Positions 50,755-61,747 of a stretch of DNA of 64,000 nt are shown in pieces. The notes beneath the pieces are model-generated. The model was not told where the DNA came from and made no database searches. It was given only the letters and a program-made list of their open reading frames with translations. The stretch is from Tubulanus polymorphus (lineage: Eukaryota; Animalia; Nemertea): positions 4,526,001 to 4,590,000 of the forward strand of contig NC_134025.1 of NCBI RefSeq assembly GCF_964204645.1, read 5' to 3'. Within the stretch, counting starts at the first letter, position 1. Each line of letters begins with the position of its first letter. Both the position numbers and the translations under genes were made by a program.

Positions 50755-50800
50755 TATTTATACCCCGGCCTCGACCTCCATTGCCTTTAAACATGGTGTT
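50755..50800 (-). promoter_or_regulatory. U5 snRNA promoter: PSE-like element plus TATA-like box
   Basis: AACACCATGTTTAAAGG at about -50 to -67 (PSE position) and GTATAAATA at about -22 to -30. Confidence 0.5.
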
Positions 50801-51536
50801 TTACTGTCGAGTAATATAGATAGGTTCTGCTACAAAATCGGTCTTTTAGCCAGAAGTTTCCACAGATTTCACTCGAAATTTTATCCAAATTTGTATTACA
50901 CTTAATTAGATCAATCAACAAGCAATGATGCTACAGTTACAAATATATGATTATATTTATGATGATGGTATCTCGTTTTCCGTGAGCACTCGGTAAATTC
51001 CGTAAATCTCCGACTAGGTGGACGACTCACACTCGGCACACGCGAGTTGTGACACCTGCGACCCCCGCGTGAGCGCAACACTCCAGAGCGGCTTCTATCT
51101 TCAGGCGCGTTTCAAATCTATATTCTGTTTTAAAGGCCGACTTCGAGTATAAAAGGCCCATCATCTGTCAGACATGGCAGTATCTCTGAAGCCAGTCAAG
51201 AGCTCCAGCGGTTGAAACTGGTATTTCCCTGATATCTCCGTCCGATTTGGACCCTCCTTTTTGTCAGGGATTTGTGTAAACTCGTTATAGCACGAGAGGC
51301 CATGGACACTACCGCACTGAAATGCGCCAATTCGCTTTGTAGGAAAAATAGAAAAAAGCCCTCTAAAAAAATTTGACCGACTTGTACAAGTCCAACTGGA
51401 TCCACCACCCCCCCCCCCTCCGAGCTCAAGGAAACATTTTCAGACTTTATGAACTCTTATCACTGAAACACTCAGCCATGCCAACCTGTTACCTCGAGCC
51501 AATTGTCTTTGTAGGTGAAAATAGAAAAGGGCACAA

Positions 51537-52928
51537 AACTTATGATGTGAAATTCTAAATGTTTGTTGCTAATTACTGTGTCACTTCTATCAGTATCTTG
51601 ATATATCGTCAATTAGCAGATATTATTATACCAAGTTTAGTCAGTGAATCTTTGTTACTAGAATCTCAATATCAAGAGCTTTGACAATATTTGAAGTGTT
51701 TTCTTATTGAAGGCTCGATCTTTGTTTTTAGAATCGCAATTTCAAAAAGAGTCATTTCAAGATCTCTTTCAATCAAAGCTTCACTTTTTGATGACAAGTT
51801 GGTTTCATCCATGAGACTGTAAACACTAATCACAGTGAGTTGTGCTTGACTTGACACTTGGCCACTTGTGGTAGCCACGCATTCAGCCTTATCAGAGACA
51901 AAGAGTAGACCATTCCTGAGCAATAGGTGGCGCTACCAGCCTCTCAAACTCTCCCAAAATCACTTAAACCATACAATCAGAGCTTTGGGTAAGTGTGCGG
52001 AGATGGTGTCCGAGCAATAGGTGGCGCAACCAGCCTTCCTATAACTCTTAGATCTCAAAAACTCCCCTAAAACTAAAAATACATTAAACTTTGATCAGAG
52101 CATCGGGTAAGTGCGCAGAGACTATGGAGCCTGAGCAATAATAGGTGGCGCTACCAGCCTTCCTATAGCTCCCAACTCTCATTCTCCTCCAGTGCTAAAG
52201 GTAGGATGGTGACGAGCAATAGGTGGCGTTACCAGTCGCCTAGAACTCGTAAATCACAATCCACCTTTTAGTACTGTCTATTCCTATCAGAGCGCAGAGA
52301 CTAAAGGGCCTGAGCAATAGGTGGCATTACCAGTCTCTCTATTAGCTCCCAACTTAACAAACTCCAATAAGTCCTTTTCCCGTCTAATCAAAGAAAATCG
52401 TCTGAAAATAGACAGCCCCGAAAAAATGTCAAAAGAAAATCAAACTCCTCAGACAAAGAGGTTCAGTAGGATCTCAATGTCTTTTTAAAGACACTGTGGA
52501 CTTTGTACCAAATCAACGTTAACTGATCTAGTAGAGAAATCTACGTTAATGATCACTGTCTTAAATAGTGATTAACTAACGCTACTAATACTAATCAATC
52601 GGGGGTTTATTGACAATGACTGATCAAATAATACAATTATTGCAATTGTAAACGACCGAGACGGATTTTAACTTCTCCATGTAAAATAATAAGATGTTCG
52701 AACGGATTGTACGCCTCAAAAATATCATTTCTTTCCAGCTGAATATTTCAAAATCAATATAGACGATAACTAATGTTGCGAGACCAACGGAAGATTCCAT
52801 GGAGAATAAGCACAGTGATGTTCATAAATACTACCAGAAGAATCAGGCAGACGCATCGTGGAACCACCAGTTGATCCACACTACCTCGCAGTTGATCCAC
52901 ACTACCTTGCAGTTGATCTACACTACGT
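51537..52928. repeat. ~4.7 kb unit, copy 2 right part
   Basis: AAACTT(A/T)TGAT(G/A)TGAAATTCTAAATGTTTGTTGC at ~46013, ~51537 and ~56227, colinear with ~46013-47453. Confidence 0.9.
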
Positions 52929-55900
52929 CCCAGTTGATGATTGTCGCAATATAAAAAAAAGCTAAGTTTGATTTTTTTTCTATTCCGGGAGGGATAGGAG
53001 AGAGTGGAGCGCCACAGGGTTTACAAAACCCAAAAATAGAACATGTAAAAATACACATAAATGAGGTGTTGAAAAGCTTTTTTAAAAGCTCATCTAAAAA
53101 AACTTAAATTTCTAACGCCTAATATCTAACTGAAAATGAAAAGAATAAAATCATCCAAATGACACAAAATCGTTAAACGATGTTCTGTGTCTGCACCGCA
53201 CGAGTTCACAATCATTACTTCAGATAAGAAAACTTAAAGGAAAAGATCGTAAAACGACTTTTCTCTTTATCAGTCTCATAACAAAACCTCTATTGGGCCA
53301 AAATCTTGCTAACAAAATACGTTCAAAAAAAGATCTTGTCCCTGTTAGCTCTGTGCTGGAATTAATATAGCCTATATTAGTTTTACTCATGTGTTAAGAT
53401 AGAAATATGCGAACTATTGCTTCGTAAATATGTAAGTAAATTCTTATTACATCTGCCAAGCAGTAATTTAATATAGTTTTTAATCAGTAATAGTCTTATA
53501 AATGGTAAGTGGTTGAGTGAGCTTGCCTTAAATCATTGTAAGTTGTTTTGAATTCAGTATCTGTTCTGAAATGTGTAAGTGTTAAAAGTTGTATATTTTG
53601 GCCTAGTTGACTTGTTCTCTAGGTCTAATGTTGAGCACGCTTGCAATGTCTGAAAATAAGTTGTCTCGCTATAGTATTTCATAAGCTGTTTAGTCACTAG
53701 TTGAGTGGACGCTAGTTCACTTGGCTACGTGTACTAACTAATCATAGTCTCACTAGTATTAAAAAGTATCAAACATCATCTTTATAAAGTTCTGTGATAG
53801 AGAAATCATGTGACTCAATATAGGATAGAATGTACTATAGAATATTAGTTCTTACAGTTTGTTTGACTGAAAAGATTATATGAAGGTGTATAACCATTAG
53901 TTTGATCGCTAGATTCCCCCCCTAAATCCTACTAACAAAGTTCAAATTGTCTCTGTGAGCTCTGTTAAAGCTGTATTATAGAAACTAGAAACTGTTTAAA
54001 ACAGTTATTAGTTTCTCATAGTATTTTGTATAACGAAATCAAGCGCTGTTTAACCACTGACTAATTAGACTTAAGTTCTATTGGTTCAGTGGTTAGCACG
54101 CTTGTCTTGTGCCTCTACGTATAATGAGATCATCTCCGCAAGCTCTGTTTTATTTCATTTTATCATCAAAGTTCCTATGTCATAATTCCTTAATTTGAAA
54201 TAAATTCTTAATGAAAAATTCTTTGAATTAATTTGTTAATTTTCTCTGTAGAAATGCGTATAATCTCGAGGTGTTCAGTCTTTTTTTACTTGATATCGTA
54301 ATCGCTTAAGTATTTGCAATATTCCAAATATTTTCTTACCAGTTTCTCAATCTCAATTTAAAAAAGAATCATCAAGATCTCTTTTAATGAAGCCTCATAT
54401 TTTGATGTGGAGTTGATATTTAGTTTTACTTGTTTGAAAGTTCTGGATTCCCAGTAAGTGTTAGGCACATTAAGGTCAACTTAGAGAATTTATATTGAAA
54501 TCTTGATCTTCTGAAGAAGACTCATCATTCCATCTTAGTTAATGAAATCACTTTTTTGCAAAAGATTCACAATCAATCCAATATTTTTATACACCAATAT
54601 TTCAATATTGATGATGATCAAATGCTTTTAGAAGTGAAGTTAAAAAGTTGAATTGAATCAATTGAAGTTTCTCATTTTGTTCGTGTAATTTCGAATCTAA
54701 ATATAATCTTAGTCAGTGGTCTGAATCTTGTGAAAATTTATCGTAAAAGAATCGTCATTCCATCTTTGTTTCCGTGGTAGTTATATCTTAATTTTGAAAA
54801 GGAATCAATTGAATTTACTCCTCACTTTTTGATTATTTTTCTGATACAATACTATTGTTTCTCAGAAAATCAAGCGAATTTCTTACGTTCGAATTCACTG
54901 TTTTGAAATGAAATTCCATGAATGAATCAAATTAGATTACAGTTCGGAAAAATTTATTTCAATATTGAATATTGATATTTATGTTAATTGACATTAAGTA
55001 GAAATTTAAACTGGTTCTATCCATTTAATACAAAACTGCGCAACCTTGGAGCAGGATTCAGTCAAGATAAAAAATGTCTGATTATTTAGAATATTCTAAT
55101 TGATTACATTTGCACCAAACAATCAGAAATAGAAATCACTGAAATAAAAGTTATTGAGAGTGAAAGGTTTTTACGTTTTGACACTTCACTTCAAATTTAA
55201 CCTAATATATTTTTGCTGATAATAAATATCAGTGATACCAGTGTCAATATAAGAATGATTAGGAACTAGAAAAAAATTAAGTGCGTTTTTTGAAATAAAT
55301 ACAGGACTTGTCCGAGTACAATTCTAATGATTTATCAGTTTCAATCAGGTCTAATTCAAGGCCACTAGTGTGAACTAATTTATGTAGCAGTTATTTTATC
55401 TACTGCTCTGCATAAATGGTTCGATTTCATTCAATTTACCTTCATTCAAATTTTGCACATATTTTTACCGTTAATTTGTTTGTACTCGTATTGAAGTTCT
55501 GTTGAGTTCAATACTGACACCGGTTTAGAGATAAAATAATGAGTGGTGAGGTGCTGTTTTGGGACTTCTCCGAGTACAAATTTACAAGTCAATATTTCAC
55601 CATTCTTTAGAAGTTAAAGTCAGTTTAATTGGTCGAAAAGGACCACCGCGAACTCATTCATGTCTTATACATAATGGTTTGCCTCATTCAATTTAACGCA
55701 TGTTTCTGTTTTCAGCGTGCTCGTATTAGATGAATGTCCTGATTCATTTGTGGCACTCTCTCCACTCTCATTTGGATAATGATTATCATTGTTTTAATCA
55801 CATGTATTCAATTTACATGTATTGTATTCTGAATGTCATCAGTTTAAATGTGAAAGTGTTTCTCGATATTATTTGATGATTTCTATATTTGTTTGGTGCT

Positions 55901-57578
55901 ACTGCTACTGCTACTGCTGCAGCTTCAGCTGCTGCACCACTCCTTAAGTTTGAATTCAGAAAACCAGACTGATGATATTTGAGATGAAACCTGCATGAAT
56001 AATGGTTGTCGCTATTTCATCTATAATTCGAGATACAAAATTACGGGATCACTTTACATTGGGTTTTTATTTTGATGGAAAAACTTCAATTATGTTTTTA
56101 TATTTGATGGAAAAAAATCATTGCAAGTTTTGTGCTTTTCATATTGACTGAAAAACACTGTAGTATATCACTATGTTCAGAGCTAGTCCTCTGATAATAT
56201 CATCCCCGAGAATGAAGTTTAAGAGAAACTTATGATGTGAAATTCTAAATGTTTGTTGCTAATTACTGTGTCACTTCTATCAGTATTTTGATATATCGTC
56301 AATTAGATGATATTGATATATCAAGGGTAGTCCGTGAATCTTTGTTACTAGAATCTCAATATCAAGAGTTTTGACAATATTTGAAGTGTTTTCTTACTGA
56401 AGGCTCAATCTTTGTGGAATATCAATTTAAAAAAGAGTCATTTCAAGATCTCTTTCAATCAAGCTTCACTTTTTGATGACAAGTTGATATTTTCTTACGA
56501 TTTACTGATATTTAGTCCACATAGTTTAAAAGTTCTGGATTCCCAGTAAAAGTGTTCTGTCATATTTTGTGCCACTTGAAATGCATCAATAAGAAGTTGG
56601 TTTCATCCATGAGACTGTGTAATCAGTAATCACAATAGTTGTGCATGACTTAATAACTTGACATTTGGCCACTTGTGGTAGCCACGCATTCAGCCTTATC
56701 AGAGACAAAGAGGTGACCATTCCTGAGCAATAGGTGGTGCTTCCAGCCTCTCAAACTCTCCCAAAATCACTTAAACCATACAATCAGAGCTTTGGGTAAG
56801 TGGGCGGAGATGGTGTCCGAGCAATAGGTGGCGCTACCAGCCTTCCTATAGCTCTTAGATCTCAAAAACTCCCCTTAAACTAAAAAACATTAAACTTTGA
56901 TCAGAGCATCGGGTAAGTGCACAGAGACGATGGTGCCTGAGCAATTATAGGTGGCGCTACCAGCCTCCTATAGCTCCCAACTCTAAATCTCCTCCAGTGC
57001 TAAAGGTAGGATTGTGAAGAGCAATAGGTGGGGTTACCAGTCGCCTTAAACTCGTAAATCACAATCCACCTTTCAGTACTGTCTATTCCTATCAGAGCGC
57101 AGAGACTATAGTGCCTGAGCAATAGGTGACGTTACTAGTCTCGCTATTAGCTCCCAACTTAACAAACTCAATAAGTACTTCTCCCGCCTAATCAAGGAAA
57201 ATCGTCTAGAAATAGACAGCCCCGAAAAAAATCTGTATCTCCATATTGCACAAAAGAAAATCAAACTCCTCAGACAATGAGGTTCGGTAGGATCTCTATG
57301 TCTTTTTAAAGACACTGTGGACTTTGTGTCAAATCAACGTAACTGATCTTGTATCGGAGAAATCTACCTTAATGATCACTGTCTTAAATAGTAATTAACT
57401 AATGCTACTAATACTAATCATTCGGGGGTTTATTGACAATGACTGATCCAATAATACAATTATTGCAACTGTATACGACAGAGACAGAATTTTAACTTCT
57501 CCATGTAGAATTATAAGATGTTCGAACAGATTGTACGCCTCAAAAATATCATTTTTTTCCAGCTGAATATTTCAAAAT
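52929..57578. repeat. ~4.7 kb unit, copy 3
   Basis: Colinear with 42691-47278; ends CCAGCTGAATATTTCAAAAT. Confidence 0.92.
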
Positions 57579-57663
57579 GAAACCATTAGATGAAATGACC
57601 AAACAACCACTGATGACGAATTTCGCAACCGTTAAGACAACAGAACATCCCAAAATGTAACCA

Positions 57664-57770
57664 GCAGAGTTGCAGATAGTTAGCAGAGTTCCAGATGATA
57701 GGCAGAGTTCCAGATGATAGGCAGAGTTCCAGATGATAAGCAGAGTTCCAGATGATAAGCAGAGTTCCAG
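57664..57770. repeat. 19-bp minisatellite GCAGAGTTCCAGATGATA(G/A), ~5.5 copies
   Basis: Directly visible tandem copies. Confidence 0.92.
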
Positions 57771-57994
57771 TGATGTTCAGTAATGCCAGAATTCAGTTTA
57801 GGAGCAGCAGAGACAACAGTGTAACCACAATAAGATAGAAGGAAGGTTATCAGTTTCTTGTTAATTTCATGGTAAGAAATTTTGATTTCATAGTTAGGTT
57901 AAATGTTTTATCCAAGCAGTAATATCTCATCAAATTATACGGTACTTTTACAAACAATTTTATTGATTCATTTTGCATTGTCATTTTTACAGTT

Positions 57995-58532
57995 GAGAGT
58001 TTACTACCAGCAGAGAGTCTACTACCAACCAAGAGTCTACCACCAGCCGAGAGTCTTCTACAACCGAGAGTCTACTACCAGCCGAGAGTCTACTACCAGC
58101 CGAGAGTCTACTACAACCGAGAGTCTACTACAACCGAGAGTCCTACTACCAACGGAGAGTCTACTACCAGCCGAGCGTCTACTACAACCGAGAGTCTTAC
58201 TACCAACGGAGAGTCTACTACCAGCCGAGAGTCTTACTACCAGCCGAGAGTCTTACTACCAGCCGAGAGTCTTACTACCAGCCGAGAGTCTACTACCAGC
58301 CGAGAATCAACCCGCCGAGAGTCTACTACCAGCCGAGAATCTACTACCAGCCGAGAGTCTACTACCAGCCGAGAGTCTACTACCAGCCAAGAATCTACTA
58401 CCAGCCGAGAGTCTACTACCAGCCGAGAGTCTACTACCAGCCGAGAGTCTACTACCAGCCGAGAGTCTACTACCAGCCGAGAATCTACTACCAGCCGAGA
58501 GTCTACTACCAGCCGAGAGTCTACTACCAGCA
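57995..58532. repeat. 18-bp minisatellite GAGAGTCTACTACCAGCC, ~30 copies with indel variants
   Basis: Directly visible; accounts for the ESLLPA and LVVDSR repeat ORFs. Confidence 0.95.
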
Positions 58533-61500
58533 ACAATCGCAGGAGCAGCAGAGTTTACGAACGATATCAGTGATCAGAGAACAATTGTTTAGTGTAGTGC
58601 GCATTTTTAAGAAGGGGCCCCGAAATTCACAATGAAAAAGATGCAGTATGATGCAAATGGAGTTGGTGTAAGGTAGGTGTGATTGTAATACGTGTATTTG
58701 TTGGGCATGTATGAATCTGTGTGTGAATCTGTGCGTAATGTATGAGTCCTATTTACATCATCTGGTATCTTTTTCTAGTGAAATCAAAATAAGTTTTCCT
58801 TTCATTCATAAAACATCTCCCCTTAAACTACTCAATTCACTTTCATCAATATTTTACTTGATCTTTAAGTGTTTTATTCGCATCCTAGGCACAAAGCGCA
58901 AAGCGTATTAACAAACCCTTTTATTTTTTTTAAACTAACATGCCCGGTGTTGGCAGCACAATAGGATGTGTATAATAAACGATTAAAGATCAAGTTTCCT
59001 CTAAACCCCCTCCCATTCACTTAATGTGAATATTCATTGTTTTGTGGATGATGGAAAATTAATGAAAAAAAATTTATAATCGTTTGGATTTGAAAAAAAA
59101 GATTGTAAAACTTAGTTTATAATGTACGTAGATAAAAATTAAGATAAAATTAAATGAAAACATAGAATATTAAACTTAGTCTTTCAAGTAGTAATAATAA
59201 TGTAGAAAAAAATTAATGAAATTAGTTCTAGATTGTTTACCTTGCGCTTTCCAGAGTGAACTTAGCATTGAGGGTAGTCTCTGGTTTTAGTGCGGAGGAT
59301 TTTAGTAGGATGGCACGCAGCATTCAGGAAACCGAGTGGTTTTAAGTCTCTTTGCGCGTGTCTCCATCTTAGTGTTATACCATACACTATTCGTTTTTGG
59401 AGTCAGTGCCTTTGACATGGACTTTAGTTTTCGCGCCCATGGTTTAATTAAACTACTTTCAATAGATAATTTAACATTTGACGATTCATAGAATACTGAT
59501 TTGGTAAATACCCTGCTGGAAATAGAAAGGAGCAGTTTCTTATTGACTGAGGATGTGTCGTCTGCAGTGTGCGAGTCACCGGTCAGTCAGGGACCTTTAC
59601 TGTGATGTTATTTCAGCATTCTATCAGCTCAACTACGCATAATCAATTAAACACTTAAAACTTAAATACACAATGAAATACAAACCACTGAAAACACAAA
59701 TTCAAAATTACAAAAAAACAACTACTTAAGATATGATAGAATGCTGGATACTTCATGGAATGTAATCAAGTTTCATTAAGTTTTACTTGATAATGACTTC
59801 AATACAATCAAGTATCCTCTTATACTATTTCCAAAGTCAGGTATTTTGGTGTTTTTGGTATTCTATGAGTCGTGTTAATAAGAAATTAGTGTTTGTAGCT
59901 ACAATACTTTTTAACTTGCCGATTAAGATTGTTGTTACCGGAAACATTATGCCGGAAAATAAATTCCACTTATATTGTTAGAGAATTATCATTTTGAAAT
60001 TGATTGCATGTTAGAAATGTTTTTCCGATGTATGAAATACCGCTTTCTGTTGAAAATGGAAGAGCAGTTTCTGGCAACTGAGGAGGTATGGTTAGCAGTG
60101 ACTTGGATCTCTTCTTGTCATCGCTTACAAGCATTCTATGGACTCAATTAATGATAAACAAACACAAAACCAAATAAAATCAAACACATAATTAAAAAAA
60201 TCCCTTAACTTCAAAAATAAATGATTGATATCATAGAATGCTCGATTGATGATTTGATTAAGATAGTCTGCCATTGTTAATGGAGATCAAGAGGGTCATT
60301 TCTTGATCTTGAATTTCTCTGATCAGATTTGTGGTATTTCCTGGATCGAAGACATTGTTCGTATTGTATAGCTACACGATGTTCTAAGTAGTATTTGTGA
60401 ATCATAGTATCAAATGATACAATTTGTATAATGAAATCGAATAATCATATAATCAATTAAAGTAATTAAAGTATGTTGAAAATATGTTTGTTTAATATAA
60501 CGAGTTGTAAGTTGTAATTAGTTCTTATTAAGAGGGTCGGATGTTTGGGTGGAGTTCAGTATCAACACTTTTTTGTGTGGTGTAACAGTTAAGTTAAATT
60601 GAAAATAAATTAATAAGTTATTAAAGTTTAGTTGAAAATTCCATTTTGTGTTAGATGTTTTTGTAGTGTCGGATGTCTGGTGGATTTTATTATCAATACA
60701 TTTATTTTAATGATGTTATACTTTGTTAGTTGAATATACCTTATCATTTGTTGTTGATTAATTTGATTAGTCTTGATTTTATTATAGTGATTTATCGAGT
60801 GTCCGGCTCTGTTTTTTTGTTTTATATCGGTTTAAACCTGATGTTTTTTTTCAATAAAATCTTATTCAAGTGCTTGTAGTTGTTTCATATCGACCAGTTA
60901 GCCAGTAATTTGAGCAAGAGTCCATTCCTCACTGACCACGGATTAGATAGAATGTTTTCCAATTGAATCTCCTCAAGTGATCTCCTCAAGAGATGAACAC
61001 TGATGAGATTAATGCAAGATCAATCTGCAGCCTGGCGGCCCTCTAAGCCCGACTGACTGGAAGTGGATGTAGATCTGATCCGAAAATAATGTTTTCGTAA
61101 ATTGGAGTCTGTTGAGCGGACAAAAGTAATTCTCAGTAACAATTGAAGATGCAGTGCTGGTAACGACAGTGTTTCCGTTTCCATTCATGTTCATGACTTT
61201 TCACAGTGATTTCAAAAGAGTGATGATGGATAAAATCACGTGTTCAAGTGTGTCATTTTAACAGTGCTCATATCATTCTGACGTTCTCTTATTTTATGTA
61301 GTTGAAGTTTTGCAGCTATATGCAAACCAAGTAGTCTCTCAATTCGAGAATCTCCGGATGAGCCCAAATCAATCGAAGAAGTAGGTATTCAATGACAAAA
61401 GTTAAAGCTCGTTAGAACGCCACACTCGTTATACCGCCAGAATTTTGGCGTTATAATGAGTTTGACTACTTACATCGTGGGCACAGGGCTTTAATTATAT

Positions 61501-61747
61501 TCATAAACGTGCAGCCTTTAGGCTTGCACCGTGTCCCTATTCTTATACAACAAATTCCAATGAAAATACTATGTATTGATTAAAATCAATAATTTCGTTA
61601 GATTTATATCAATGAAAATAAGTATATTACATGTATTATCAGCATTATCATTATGCCTAAAAATTGAAAATATGTCTTCAATTATGATTTACAAGTAAAT
61701 GTGAGACACGCGGGAAGTTTCGGACATGATTCATCTCAACGATCATC

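Noticed and set aside
57610-57632. CTGATGA-containing hammerhead-like sequence (also ~55969 and ~61000)
   Set aside because: Lacks a correctly placed GAAA or stem II and closing stems.
57903-58592. 229-aa ORF of ESLLPA repeats (and antisense LVVDSR ORF)
   Set aside because: Produced by an 18-bp minisatellite; frame-switching indels in the early copies argue against coding constraint.
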